A stretch of 64,000 bases of DNA from a virus, in the IMG/VR virus record IMGVR_UViG_3300042673_001035, positions 52,681-116,680 of that record. One strand, given 5' to 3'. The notes under the pieces were generated by a model, which did not search any database, was not told the DNA's origin, and worked only from the letters and a program-made list of their open reading frames with translations. Below, piece after piece: positions 20,516 through 31,402 of the stretch. The translations under genes were made by a program, and so were the position numbers. Within the stretch, counting starts at the first letter, position 1; each line of letters opens with the position of its first letter.

Positions 20516-21235
20516 TTATTTCAAAATTATTTTTTGGATAACTAAAACCGAATCCGATTTCCATGCAGTTTCAAACATACCATTCTTTTTAGTTGCATAT
20601 GTATATTTTACTCTTGCAGTTATCGTCATTGTATCACCTCTCATTTCACTCACCGGTGCAATGTTTGTGTTTATCTCACCCGTTTCTCTATTAGAATAAC
20701 ACGACTTATTTATCGTAGGTATCACATAGTCAGCTTGTGCAATTACATCAGGTAATTGTGAGGTTGTCCATTGACCATTGTATTGGTTTAAGTAATTCTT
20801 ATATACTTTGAAAACCGTACTACCGGCTTTTAATAACCAAAAGTGTGAACTTTCCCAATTTACTATTACGGGTTCTGGACTTGGTGGTAAACCATCTATC
20901 AATACTCTACCACTTATTCTATGAATATTTTGTCCGTCTGGATTATATAAAGTAAAATACGGATAACCATTTTGGTCAATAGGTAATCTCGTATTTAATA
21001 CCAAACTAATAACTGGTTTCTTTATCGGTGGTTCTACTTCTTTACTACAACCCATAAGTCCTGCAGCTATAAGTGCAAATAATATACACAATGCTAATAG
21101 AGCACTAAGTTTTAAATCTTTTTTATCACTTTCTTTACCTTGCATTTTATTTCTTTTTTCGTTTGTCATATCCAACTGGATAGTAAGATATTCCATCCAA
21201 TTTAATATTAAGAACTTTGAATCCATTGTCCTCAT
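20516..21235 (-). CDS. putative lipoprotein
   Basis: Hydrophobic stretch plus LMGC; the real start is probably the internal MQGKE. Confidence 0.6.
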   Translation of the reverse strand: MRTMDSKFLILNWMEYLTIQLDMTNEKRNKMQGKESDKKDLKLSALLALCILFALIAAGLMGCSKEVEPPIKKPVISLVLNTRLPIDQNGYPYFTLYNPDGQNIHRISGRVLIDGLPPSPEPVIVNWESSHFWLLKAGSTVFKVYKNYLNQYNGQWTTSQLPDVIAQADYVIPTINKSCYSNRETGEINTNIAPVSEMRGDTMTITARVKYTYATKKNGMFETAWKSDSVLVIQKIILK

Positions 21236-21356
21236 CTTTCACTTCGATTGCTTTATCTGGGTTTTTATCCCATACCAATCCATCTAATACAATTCTATCA
21301 TTGTCTAATTTTCTAAATTCATTCATTTGTGTTTGTACTACTTTTGCCATGTTATT

Positions 21357-21950
21357 TTATTTTGTTTTAAGTTGTTTAATATGTTTACATTCATTTCCAC
21401 CTGTGTATGTATAAGATGGACAATCACATTCCCAATTACCATTATCTTCAGTTACATTGTATTGAACATTCGGGTCTTTTGAGGATTGGATTTTATACTT
21501 TTTAGTTTCCGATAATCCTTTATCTTTTAATTTTTGTTTAATCAAATCATCTACGGCATCATTGGTACTCCATTCCGCTCTATTCTTTCTAAACTCCGAA
21601 AAGAAATATTGGTCATCAAATAATGCATCCAATACTTTTACCGATATGTCCTCACCTTCATTACTTGCTACATTGTAAAGATTTCGGTCAGCTTCTTTTA
21701 CAAACTTACCTTCATCGGCGTAATCACCTGCAACAACAATGTTATCACCTGCCCAACTACCTACGATACCATTTGTACTATGTAAGTCTCCACCACCTCT
21801 ACCATTTCCGTCAGCAAGTAATATTGCTAAACCGGCCATTACACCACTAGCTGACATACTAAATTCCATTAACTTTGAACCATCACCAAATGTGTGAGGT
21901 GATATGTATTGTTTCTTTTTGATATTTACTATCTTGTAATATTGTCCCAT
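21357..21950 (-). CDS. phage protein with C-terminal SWIM zinc finger
   Basis: MGQYY...GSWAGDNIVVAGDY; YNV...WECDCP...CKHI. Confidence 0.75.
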   Translation of the reverse strand: MGQYYKIVNIKKKQYISPHTFGDGSKLMEFSMSASGVMAGLAILLADGNGRGGGDLHSTNGIVGSWAGDNIVVAGDYADEGKFVKEADRNLYNVASNEGEDISVKVLDALFDDQYFFSEFRKNRAEWSTNDAVDDLIKQKLKDKGLSETKKYKIQSSKDPNVQYNVTEDNGNWECDCPSYTYTGGNECKHIKQLKTK

Positions 21951-21953
21951 GTT

Positions 21954-22364
21954 TTATAATTTATATACTTTTACTTTTTTTAATTTTGTTTGTTTGTCGT
22001 TATGTCCAATCAATATATCAATTCTATTTCTATATCGTTTGTTCATTACATCATGTACTCTATAAGTTCCGTTGTATTTTCCTGCACCTGTTATCCTAAC
22101 CTTTTGTCCGAATTTATACTTTCGCTTCAGGTCTCTACTAACTGCAATTATTCTATGTTTCTTTGGGTTAGTAATTTTAAACCCACTTGCTGTAATATTT
22201 GGTGTCGAATCCGTTTCACTTTCACTTGCTTTGTATGTAGTTAGTGTTACAATTTCAGGTGTTATTGTTTCTATCATTTTGTTTACTCTAATTTCCTCTT
22301 TCTCCATTTCGTAAGGTAAACATATCAATACCATTGAAAGTATTATATTGTAATTCATAATCAT
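21954..22364 (-). CDS. 3D-domain (peptidoglycan-related) protein
   Basis: TASG, IAVSRD, VHDVM, IDIL. Confidence 0.75.
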   Translation of the reverse strand: MIMNYNIILSMVLICLPYEMEKEEIRVNKMIETITPEIVTLTTYKASESETDSTPNITASGFKITNPKKHRIIAVSRDLKRKYKFGQKVRITGAGKYNGTYRVHDVMNKRYRNRIDILIGHNDKQTKLKKVKVYKL

Positions 22365-22369
22365 AACTT

Positions 22370-22717
22370 TTAATTTTGGAATGTTCCATCTTTAATTTCA
22401 TTTGAAATACATTTTGAAATATATTGAATAAATGTATCTTTTGTTTTCATCCACTTTGGGTGTATCAAATCATCTTGAAATATATAATTACCCGTTGTAC
22501 CTTCACCTAATACACATTTTTTCATACTATAACAATCATGTTCCCATTTTAATTCAAATAGAATTGCATACTCACCTAATATTTGTCCGTTACAAAATAC
22601 CCATACCCAACTACTTTCTTTTCTATTTTGTAAGGTATCTAAATCGGTATAAAACGAATTACCCATCATTTCAAAATCCACCGCATCTATTGTTTCAAAG
22701 TTTACTGGTCGTTTCAT
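22370..22717 (-). CDS. hypothetical protein, possible divergent 'MLTIKN' paralogue
   Basis: Similar length and pattern (PVNFETI...FEL...YSM). Confidence 0.45.
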   Translation of the reverse strand: MKRPVNFETIDAVDFEMMGNSFYTDLDTLQNRKESSWVWVFCNGQILGEYAILFELKWEHDCYSMKKCVLGEGTTGNYIFQDDLIHPKWMKTKDTFIQYISKCISNEIKDGTFQN

Positions 22718-22723
22718 ATTATT

Positions 22724-23035
22724 TTATTTACTATTTACATAATCGGTTTGCATTTGTTTTATTCTCATTATTTGTTTACAAAATAACTTCAAATCTTTAA
22801 TGTGTTCCATTGGTAAATCCAATTCTCTTGTTGAACAATGTAATTTATACCATACACCATTGGGATTTTTATCCAATTCAAAATGCCAACCTCCATCACC
22901 TATTGTAAATCTAAAATGATATTGATTTGTATCATCCTCAATTGAAACTTTAGATATACTTCCACCTAATTGGTTTTCCATCAAAATTCCAAATTTATGT
23001 ATTGATTGTTCGTTTATATCTAATTTTAATCTCAT
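22724..23035 (-). CDS. 'MLTIKN' paralogue family member
   Basis: LDIN...YHFRF...FELDK...YKL...HIKDLKLFCKQI. Confidence 0.6.
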   Translation of the reverse strand: MRLKLDINEQSIHKFGILMENQLGGSISKVSIEDDTNQYHFRFTIGDGGWHFELDKNPNGVWYKLHCSTRELDLPMEHIKDLKLFCKQIMRIKQMQTDYVNSK

Positions 23036-23038
23036 AAC

Positions 23039-23398
23039 TTATAATTTTCTTTTATGTCTTTCTTCAAATTTATCTTCTACTAATTGTGCAGCTTTGGTAT
23101 ATCCCTTATCTTTTAGTAATATGATTGCAAACATATCAGCTGCAATTTCATCATCATCATTTCTATCCTTTGTATGTTTCAACATTATGTGTGCTAACTC
23201 ATGTGCTTCAACCCACCTTAATTCATCTTTGGTTAACTTCACTTCACCATCTATGAATACACAACCCGAACTTGTCTCAGCAAAACCAAAACCACATTGT
23301 TCAAATAGTGGTTTCATCACTTCATATCGGTAGTCATCTTTGGTTAGTATTGCAACTGCAACATCACTTTTGAACTCACTAAAATATGTCTTACTCAT
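23039..23398 (-). CDS. ImmA/IrrE-like HEXXH metallopeptidase
   Basis: AHELAHI...EIAAD. Confidence 0.7.
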   Translation of the reverse strand: MSKTYFSEFKSDVAVAILTKDDYRYEVMKPLFEQCGFGFAETSSGCVFIDGEVKLTKDELRWVEAHELAHIMLKHTKDRNDDDEIAADMFAIILLKDKGYTKAAQLVEDKFEERHKRKL

Positions 23399-23582
23399 AA
23401 CTTATATATTTTGATTTAGTAGGTGATAATTAATCCATTCAAATTTATCAGAATGTTCAAATGAAAAATTTGCACTCCATACTTTAATTCCCATATCATA
23501 TTCAGTAAATGGGCCAAAGTATTCTACACTTCTATCATTCCATTTTACTTCTGCAATCCAAATTTGTTTCATAACTTTGTTT

Positions 23583-23957
23583 TTAATATACTATGTGTAT
23601 TGGTTCTTTAATTTTTACATTACCACCATTATAGTCACCCCATCCCTGGTCGGGGTCTCCTTCACTTTGTTCAGTTGGTATCGTATCCCTAAAATACTTT
23701 TCTAATACTACTGCGATACCATCACCTACATTATCATTAAACATCATATCACATACATCACTCCAATGCATTTTCCATTCAAACGAATCCTCACATATTC
23801 TATCTTTGAATACTCTACCATAAGAGTCGTAATGACCTCTCATCTCCTCTATAACCTCACCATTTTTTAATAGATACAATCTTACCGCATCACCACTAAA
23901 AGAGTCTGATGCAACTGGCAATCCACTCTCTTTACATATAAAACTAAAACATCCCAT
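23583..23957 (-). CDS. hypothetical phage protein
   Basis: MGCFSFIC...YDSYGRVF...DPDQGWG. Confidence 0.6.
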   Translation of the reverse strand: MGCFSFICKESGLPVASDSFSGDAVRLYLLKNGEVIEEMRGHYDSYGRVFKDRICEDSFEWKMHWSDVCDMMFNDNVGDGIAVVLEKYFRDTIPTEQSEGDPDQGWGDYNGGNVKIKEPIHIVY

Positions 23958-23960
23958 AAC

Positions 23961-24299
23961 TTATTTATTTTTTATTTCTTTAATGTGTTTACAATCTCTA
24001 CCTCTACCAAATCCATGTGCAGGACAACTACAACTCCAAAATCCCTCATCATTTACTACCTTATATACATTGTCTTTACTTCCTTTGACTTTGTATTCAA
24101 TTTTCACTTCGGTCTTTTTGAACTCTTTTGGTTTTATGTAGTCAATTTTATCCCACATCTTTTCCAATTCGTTCCAACTATACCATCTATTTACTTCTAT
24201 CCACCCACTACTTTCTTTACCACCCGTACATACGATATATGTCTTACCTGATAATGTTGATTCAAAACAAATGGGTGGTAATGTTGATTTAATTCTCAT
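23961..24299 (-). CDS. SWIM zinc-finger protein
   Basis: YKV...WSCSCP...CKHI. Confidence 0.75.
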   Translation of the reverse strand: MRIKSTLPPICFESTLSGKTYIVCTGGKESSGWIEVNRWYSWNELEKMWDKIDYIKPKEFKKTEVKIEYKVKGSKDNVYKVVNDEGFWSCSCPAHGFGRGRDCKHIKEIKNK

Positions 24300-24300
24300 A

Positions 24301-24609
24301 CTATAATAATTTTGGTTTCCAATCGTCAGTCATTAATTTAAGTTTGTCCATTAGACTATTTATATTCACTATGTCCTCATGCTTTATCCAATAGGGATAT
24401 CTTACACACATTGCTTCATTACTCCATTTTCCAATTTTGTAATAACCATTTTCTACCGGCCTTCTTTCTAAAATAATAAAATGTCTCATATGTTCTCTCC
24501 ATACATTAATTCTATATTCATTCCTATTTTCATCAATGTCCTCAATGTAGTTTTTATCATCCCATTCTTTACGGAATAGTTTTTCATAATTCTTTATAGT
24601 CAATTTCAT
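24301..24609 (-). CDS. 'MLTIKN' paralogue family member
   Basis: MKLTIKNYEKL...DIDE...YRINV...ILERR...YKI...DIVN. Confidence 0.7.
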   Translation of the reverse strand: MKLTIKNYEKLFRKEWDDKNYIEDIDENRNEYRINVWREHMRHFIILERRPVENGYYKIGKWSNEAMCVRYPYWIKHEDIVNINSLMDKLKLMTDDWKPKLL

Positions 24610-24619
24610 AACTTATATT

Positions 24620-24997
24620 TTACCACCAACTTGTATAATAAACTGTCTTACCTTCTTTGATTGCTTCTCTCGCTTTACTAACGAACTCTAAATCGTAATC
24701 ATTTTCTTCATCATTGTTAGAACTTTCACCAAAAAAGAAACCCGATGTATCGGGTAAATTACCATCCTTAATATCTTGTTCTAAATTGTCTAAGTCTTCA
24801 CTATCTAATACAACACAATCACCATTAAAGTCGTCTGATGTTCCACCCTTTGCGTCATATAAGTTCTGCATCCAACCATGTAAGTTAGGGTGCTTTCTCC
24901 AATAGTGTAATTCATCTTGTTCAAAGTTCTTCGTTGAAAAGTCTACATCCGTTTCCGGTTTTGCTTTTGTAGCTAAAGCGTACATATCTAATCCCAT
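24620..24997 (-). CDS. conserved phage protein (MGLDMY...YWRKH family)
   Basis: MGLDMY, YWRKHPNLHGWM, GFFFG, YYTSWW. Confidence 0.7.
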   Translation of the reverse strand: MGLDMYALATKAKPETDVDFSTKNFEQDELHYWRKHPNLHGWMQNLYDAKGGTSDDFNGDCVVLDSEDLDNLEQDIKDGNLPDTSGFFFGESSNNDEENDYDLEFVSKAREAIKEGKTVYYTSWW

Positions 24998-25272
24998 CTT
25001 AATTTAAGTTTATATTGTTTGTTAATACTTCGTTTAATATTCTATCTCCGTTTAATTGTCTAACGATACTTTGCATCTCATTGTCCATTGCTGTTGATAA
25101 CTGAATTAGTTCATCATTCAAAAACGGACTACCTTCCTCACCAATCAAATGTTGAAATGTTGATATCGTTGCTTGTTTAGTTGCTTGCGGTGTGTGTTCA
25201 CTTTTAACTATTGAACATAATACACCGAATAATTGTGCTATTGCTTTTTCACTATTTGTCATTTGTTTTAAT

Positions 25273-26004
25273 TTATATGTTACTAACTTTATATTTTCCA
25301 TCGGTATCTTTATACAAATACCTACCACATCTTCTACCAATTGCATTACGCATATCAATCAAAGAATGTAAATGATGTATGAAACTTCCACCTTTTTGGA
25401 TAGTTGCATTACCTCTCATTACAATATCATAATGACTTTTCAATTGTGAAAATGATACTTTATTACATAGGTAAGTGTAGTCTAATAACTCTTGTGCTAT
25501 ATAACCCCAATCACCTTTTTGTAATTTGTAAGTCTTATTCATATACTTTCGTTTCATTTCCTTTCTTTGAAACTTTGGGTCTTTCATTTGAGTTTGATAT
25601 TGTAATTCCTTAATTGCCATTAAAGGAGAACTCGGACGAGATTGTTCGGTATGTTTAACACCATCTGCTAAACTATAACCCATACTACCCAATGTCCTAG
25701 CAATCATTACATTGGTATCATTCAATTGTAAGTTCTTTCGTTCCATACCTTGCTTTTTCCATATCCTCATACGATTTGGATTAGCAGCGTGTAAGTAAAT
25801 GTCAATGTATTGTGCTACTCTCCACGGCACATCATTTTGTTTACTTCTACCCCAACCTTTCACTACGGATTTTCTATCACTATGACGACCTCTCAATGTA
25901 ACCCAACCAAATATTTGTTCTAATACTTTTTTCACTTCTAACACTTGCTCCTCATTCTTCATTGGAATAGTTGCAATGTAGTTTGATGTTCTATTTGCTG
26001 CCAT
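25273..26004 (-). CDS. hypothetical protein
   Basis: 243-aa ORF. Confidence 0.6.
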   Translation of the reverse strand: MAANRTSNYIATIPMKNEEQVLEVKKVLEQIFGWVTLRGRHSDRKSVVKGWGRSKQNDVPWRVAQYIDIYLHAANPNRMRIWKKQGMERKNLQLNDTNVMIARTLGSMGYSLADGVKHTEQSRPSSPLMAIKELQYQTQMKDPKFQRKEMKRKYMNKTYKLQKGDWGYIAQELLDYTYLCNKVSFSQLKSHYDIVMRGNATIQKGGSFIHHLHSLIDMRNAIGRRCGRYLYKDTDGKYKVSNI

Positions 26005-26176
26005 ATTATTTTATTTTTTTATCGTATTGTTTTGTAATTGTGATTGATTTTAATTCAGTATTATTACTTGCTATGTTCATAATAGTTGAATAACTCAATC
26101 CCTTAATTGTAATTGTGTCACCTGATTGAGATACTATTTCAATGTCGTGCATCGTTTTGTAATTCATATAATTGTA

Positions 26177-26524
26177 TTAAAGATATTCAGGTCCGTATAT
26201 ACCATAACGAGCAGTTCCGTCAATGATATTTCCTCTCGCATGTTTTGCTGGTGCTTTCCACGTTGCACATTTTAATAAATCACCTTTCTTAATTGGTGAA
26301 CCTTTTAAGTCTCCATCAACTCTACTAATGAAACCCCAACAAGTAGTACCCACCCATAAACGAATATACTTTTGTCCAACCTCAACCGTTAACTCTTTCC
26401 ATTGATTAACCATATCTGCTTTCACATAGTGGTCTTTTCTTTGGATGTTTAGTTTGTTTATAAAGTTTGCTACAATAGGATTACCTTTAAGATACTCCAT
26501 TGCTTTTTTATCAGTCGTTCTCAT
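26177..26524 (-). CDS. conserved phage protein
   Basis: GDLLKCATWKAPAKHARGNI motif, typical of large phages. Confidence 0.65.
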   Translation of the reverse strand: MRTTDKKAMEYLKGNPIVANFINKLNIQRKDHYVKADMVNQWKELTVEVGQKYIRLWVGTTCWGFISRVDGDLKGSPIKKGDLLKCATWKAPAKHARGNIIDGTARYGIYGPEYL

Positions 26525-26754
26525 AATATTATTTAATCTATGTTATCTAATCTATTAACTTCATCATACAGAGCAGTTTGAATTTTATGTAACAACTGAA
26601 CTGACTTACTTAATTCTCTATCAAAATAGTTTTCCAATTCAGGTGTAGTTCGTTTAGCTATTTCAACTAACTCTTTATGAGACTCTACTCCTTTATTAAC
26701 CACATAATAAAGGTCATTCAATTCCATTAAACTTAATTCCAAATTCATATTATA

Positions 26755-27018
26755 TTATTTATAGTTTCCTTTAATTCCTTTACTAACTCCATACCCTTGT
26801 CTTTGTGATAGTGTGTATAATCTATCAGCATCTTCTTTAGGCATAATTTGTATTTCGTTACCCGTCTTATGATTTGCAATTGCAACACCACCAACTTTTT
26901 GAATAGTGGAACAATCAACACAACTTTTGTAACCATACTTCACTACTCGCAAAAGTGGCATCTTACCACCACACTTAATACATTGTGTCATTTCTAATTT
27001 TACTTTCACTCCTTTCAT
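26755..27018 (-). CDS. DksA/TraR-type C4 zinc-finger protein
   Basis: CIKCGGKMPLLR...SCVDC. Confidence 0.6.
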   Translation of the reverse strand: MKGVKVKLEMTQCIKCGGKMPLLRVVKYGYKSCVDCSTIQKVGGVAIANHKTGNEIQIMPKEDADRLYTLSQRQGYGVSKGIKGNYK

Positions 27019-27431
27019 ATTATCTATCGTTATTTAATGTGAATAATTTTCTTTCAGTTTCGGTATAAGGTTTGAACCAACCTTTAATTACTCTATGTGT
27101 TAAATCATCTCCGTTACTATCCTTATCATTGTATTCTTGTTTGACAATGGATAAAACTCTATCTAACAAATCATCAGCATCATATCTACATACCGAAATT
27201 AGTATGTGTAGTTTTTCTTCAATTTGTCTTTCAAAACTACGACCTCTCATATAAACATTGTGGTCATCACTCATCATATAAGAATAGTCGTGCAGTTTCA
27301 CTTCATCCATAAACTCACCATACAATTTACTTTCTTCATTATACGCATCATTGATAAATGCATCGTTATTTACTTTCATATTTTCTTTTTTTAATTGTTG
27401 TGCAAATGCAACTATTTGATAATAATTCATA

Positions 27432-28277
27432 CTATTTTATTTTAAGTTTACTTTGTGCTGCTTTTGTTATCATAGGATTAACATCATACACACTAAATTG
27501 ACTATCCATTGGTATAATGAATTTGTTGTTTGCTGTGTCAATCTTATTACGGACAAACTTAAACTTCAATCCTACAATAACACCTTGCTCATCCAAATAT
27601 CTCATATCGTATTCATCACCATCAATTACCTTATAACCCATAAATGATTTGGGTAATTGTTTACCTTCAAATACCATTGCAACTCTACCTTTATTTTCAC
27701 TTAACAATTCTAATGATTGTAACATATTATAACCACTAAAAGAATAAGTCAAATCATAGTTAGGATATTTGTCCATTAACTTAAATCGTTTACTTACCTT
27801 TGTATAATCATAGAATTGAGTATCGTTAAACAATTCTAATATGTTTCGTTTACCATTTAATTTGAAAGTAGTAATGTCAATATCACTCGTACCATTGATA
27901 CGAACTGAAAAACGATAACCTAATTGTTCCGCGTTGTACTTAGCTTTCTCAATTTCGGTAACTAACCAACTCATAAAGAAATTTCTATGTTCAAAGAACA
28001 ATTTAGTTTTTGCAATCCTTGCTTTATTAATATTATTCTTTTTGACATCAATACGATTATGTCCACTTTCAGTTAAACACGCGGTACGACATTCTTCCGT
28101 ACTCATAGGACAAACATTGTAACCCGATTGACTAGCGGGAGCGAGATACAAAATGTAAGTCATTTCGTTATACTTTAACCCTTTAGCGATTTTTGAACTA
28201 CTCGCGACACTACCTAAATAAGATAACTTAGTTAATTTCTTCGCGGAACTAATTGTTGTAAATTTCATTGTATTCAT
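27432..28277 (-). CDS. GP88-like phage protein
   Basis: LAPA..SG.NVCP...C...CL, RINGTSD, FYDYTK, YDLTYS, DGD..D.R..D...VGLK. Confidence 0.8.
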   Translation of the reverse strand: MNTMKFTTISSAKKLTKLSYLGSVASSSKIAKGLKYNEMTYILYLAPASQSGYNVCPMSTEECRTACLTESGHNRIDVKKNNINKARIAKTKLFFEHRNFFMSWLVTEIEKAKYNAEQLGYRFSVRINGTSDIDITTFKLNGKRNILELFNDTQFYDYTKVSKRFKLMDKYPNYDLTYSFSGYNMLQSLELLSENKGRVAMVFEGKQLPKSFMGYKVIDGDEYDMRYLDEQGVIVGLKFKFVRNKIDTANNKFIIPMDSQFSVYDVNPMITKAAQSKLKIK

Positions 28278-28294
28278 ATTATGATTTTTTTTAA

Positions 28295-28419
28295 TGTGAG
28301 TAGGTAGTCTTTCAACCCAATAACCAAAGATACGACAATTTAGGGTACTGGCAATACCATTATGAAACTATTTTGAAAAGTTTTTATGGGCAATCAACGA
28401 GTTACATATATGTTTTTTT
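28295..28419 (-). repeat. promoter module, direct repeat of 5401-5525
   Basis: Contains TTGCCAG...CGTATCTTTGG, a perfect TAnnTTTG element. Confidence 0.85.
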
Positions 28420-28429
28420 GTAATAAGCA

Positions 28430-28555
28430 TAACTCATTGAGGGCCAATAAGTTAGAATTTGAGGTCTAAAGCGTTATGGGCCATTGGGTTATACATAGAA
28501 ATAACCCCAATTCATAACTCGTTGATTATCAATAAGTTATAAAATGGGGTTATTT
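28430..28555. repeat. three 25-bp palindromes, the last inside a larger inverted repeat
   Basis: 28430-28454, 28467-28491, 28515-28539; the last flanked by AAATAACCCCA/TGGGGTTATTT. Confidence 0.8.
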
Positions 28556-28588
28556 TAGGGTATATTATAAATTTTTGTTATATGATTA

Positions 28589-29701
28589 TTATTCGTAACT
28601 TTTTCTATCAATATTCACTACATACGGAAAACGAGGTATACCGGCCGGCGTTAAGTTGAAATACTTAATCGTTGCTTCCTTACCTATCAACTTCTTTTTG
28701 TTCTTTAACATTTCAGCAGTTTCTTCCCAAGAACCTTTTACATTACTTTTGAATCTATCACCATTTTCAGTTTCAAATACCATATATCCAGCGGTACCAG
28801 TTCGGTTTCCTTCCCCTTCCACAATATCCAAAATAGTATATTCCTCATCTATGAATGACTTATGCTTCATTAAAGACTTACTTCTCTTATTTTCGTATTT
28901 TTTATCTAATCGTAACATCTGACCTTCGAATCCTTTATCTACATATTCACCATACAATTCCATCACTTCATCCTCATTGTTACAAGTATCGGTTTCAACT
29001 AATACACAATGTTTTTCAAATGATTCTAATTCGGTATCAAACAATTCATCTAATGCATAACACCTTTCACCAAAGTTTTGGTCTTCACTTGGTATATCGT
29101 AAATCCAATACTGAATATTCTTTTTACTTTCTTTTAAGTCAGCATCCGTTGGTTTTGTTTTCTTTACCAACGATACAATCTTATTAAAGTCATTTGCGAA
29201 CTTGTCAGCATATAACTCACCATCCAATATCAATTCAGGATATGATTCAAATACTTCACTTAAACTTTCTATAATATGTGGTGCTGAAATGATTGGTTTA
29301 CCATTACGACTAAACATTCCATCTTTTGTAACGATACATCTAATACCATCCAATTTAGGTTGAGAGAATATTGGGTAAGTAATCTTATCTTTACTATCCT
29401 CCCACTTACTCGCTAACATTGGTTCAAAGTATTGTGTTTTGTTTATGTGTTTAATGTTCTCAAAGTAACCACTCTCTAATTTCTTTGTTCTCTTTGCAAT
29501 AGCTTCTTTAAGAGCTTGTTCATTATCGGTAGTACCATTTGCCTTACCTTCGTTCTTACCATACACTAATGTCCATGCATTTGTAGTAATTATACCACCA
29601 ACTTGTCCACTATGAGTTCGGTATTTATTATCCGATACTTCAATTGTCCATTCTTGTGTTGCACCCGTCTTTGTCTTTTTATATATTGTTTCTAATTTCA
29701 T
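28589..29701 (-). CDS. ATP-dependent DNA ligase
   Basis: PMLA, QPKLDGIRC (motif I), LDGELY, FEGQMLR, LMKHK, PRFP. Confidence 0.93.
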   Translation of the reverse strand: MKLETIYKKTKTGATQEWTIEVSDNKYRTHSGQVGGIITTNAWTLVYGKNEGKANGTTDNEQALKEAIAKRTKKLESGYFENIKHINKTQYFEPMLASKWEDSKDKITYPIFSQPKLDGIRCIVTKDGMFSRNGKPIISAPHIIESLSEVFESYPELILDGELYADKFANDFNKIVSLVKKTKPTDADLKESKKNIQYWIYDIPSEDQNFGERCYALDELFDTELESFEKHCVLVETDTCNNEDEVMELYGEYVDKGFEGQMLRLDKKYENKRSKSLMKHKSFIDEEYTILDIVEGEGNRTGTAGYMVFETENGDRFKSNVKGSWEETAEMLKNKKKLIGKEATIKYFNLTPAGIPRFPYVVNIDRKSYE

Positions 29702-31337
29702 AATCTATTTTGTTACTCTTTTTTGCATTTGGTATACCACCGACTAATCTTAAATTTTCAAAATCATTGGTACCACCATTGTCTATTGCTAAATCATGGT
29801 CAACTTCGTATCCAGTAGTTCTATCCGTATTATATACTTCTGAAAAAGGTATTTGTAAACCAGTTAATGTGTCTATTCCCTTTTGTTCATTCCAAAGTGC
29901 CAATCTAATTTCGGGTGTATTAACATTTGCAGTTCTATCATCCTTTATAACAAAAAAGTTCACTTTGTTATTTTGTAAAAAATCAGATAAAAATAATTCT
30001 AAAGATTCAGACCATTCAATTACACCCGTTTGTTTATCTCTATAAGTAAAATAACCTATACCACCACGATATGCGGCCCAATCACCTCTACCTTTACCTA
30101 CTTTATAAATGTTACCTTTTTTTCTTTGTTGTTCCATCCATTTTGCATGTAATTTCATTACTCTTTCCCAACCTTTGTTATTTCCTGTTTTTTCATCAAC
30201 GTCCGCGTCAATTAACGATGTAGCTATTTTATTTTGAACCATCCATTTAGCTATTGCAAAAATATCTACAAATAAAGCCTTATGATTTAAACTATTTGTT
30301 TGTGTGTTTGACAATTTGATAAAAGTATTCCATATTTCATTTTCAAAAGTTGAAAAATATGAATCACGTGTTTCTTTCCAAAATTTGTCTAATCCACTTG
30401 CATTTAATTTTCTTCTACCATTTTTAAGAGAGGTTTCATGTTGAAGATAGTACATACAAAATCCAACCATTTCGTGATGTGTTCTATCTAAAAGAGATGC
30501 TGAATTCATTTTTTGTTCAAAACACCTACTCAATTCTGGAGAAATGTTTCTAACAGAATTGGACATACCACAATCGAACGCGTTTCTAATATCCTGTCTA
30601 TTTATAATTTCATTTAAGTTATAATGAATAAATAAATTATGCATTTCCGGTTTGGTTATTTTTCCCCAAATTTCTATGTTAAATTTAATACTAGATGTAT
30701 AATATTCATACATTTCAATTAGATTATTAATATCACTTTTATCCAATTCTATTTTTTTATTACCATTGTATTTAATTAAACCTTCTTTTTTAATTGTTTT
30801 TTCATCTTTAATTTGATATAGTGCAAATGATGGATATATGGATTTATTTTTAGACTTTTTTGTCATTAATGCAATTGTTCTTGTGAATTTTTTGTCTTTT
30901 GGTAAATCATTATAGTCCCAGGGATACTTTAAATTAAAGTTTTTATTGTGTATATCCGTTTTTGGCCCTTTGATATTATCTAATATTTGTTTTGTAAATC
31001 CTGAAATAAATAATGAGTTCCATGTAGTTCTAGAATTACCATCTAATGAAACATATTTATAACCATCTTTTTTTAATTTTGTAAAATATACAAATGATTC
31101 TAAATGATTTATTTCCTTTGAATATTCCAATGCACTATTTACACAAACAACACGTATTTCAACATTTCCAAGTCCGTCTATAACAGAGCTAAAGTATTGA
31201 AATCCCCTAATAGAAGCCCATCTAGTCCATCTTTGGAAATCCAAATCAAGATAAGTTTCTAAAAAGAATTGAACCATCTCTTTTTGTGTCAACAATTTTG
31301 ATTCTTTAATTCTATCTTCTTTGAATAAACTATTCAT
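29679..31337 (-). CDS. GmrSD-like protein (DUF262/ParB-like N terminus plus HNH)
   Basis: DFQR..RW, SLDGNSR; C-terminal EVDH...GG.N...NL......N..K. Confidence 0.65.
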   Translation of the reverse strand: MNSLFKEDRIKESKLLTQKEMVQFFLETYLDLDFQRWTRWASIRGFQYFSSVIDGLGNVEIRVVCVNSALEYSKEINHLESFVYFTKLKKDGYKYVSLDGNSRTTWNSLFISGFTKQILDNIKGPKTDIHNKNFNLKYPWDYNDLPKDKKFTRTIALMTKKSKNKSIYPSFALYQIKDEKTIKKEGLIKYNGNKKIELDKSDINNLIEMYEYYTSSIKFNIEIWGKITKPEMHNLFIHYNLNEIINRQDIRNAFDCGMSNSVRNISPELSRCFEQKMNSASLLDRTHHEMVGFCMYYLQHETSLKNGRRKLNASGLDKFWKETRDSYFSTFENEIWNTFIKLSNTQTNSLNHKALFVDIFAIAKWMVQNKIATSLIDADVDEKTGNNKGWERVMKLHAKWMEQQRKKGNIYKVGKGRGDWAAYRGGIGYFTYRDKQTGVIEWSESLELFLSDFLQNNKVNFFVIKDDRTANVNTPEIRLALWNEQKGIDTLTGLQIPFSEVYNTDRTTGYEVDHDLAIDNGGTNDFENLRLVGGIPNAKKSNKIDYEIRNNI

Positions 31338-31402
31338 AATTATTTTTTTTTAATTTTTTGAAAGGTAATAATAATTTTTTACATTTCCAAATTTATTTTA
31401 CA

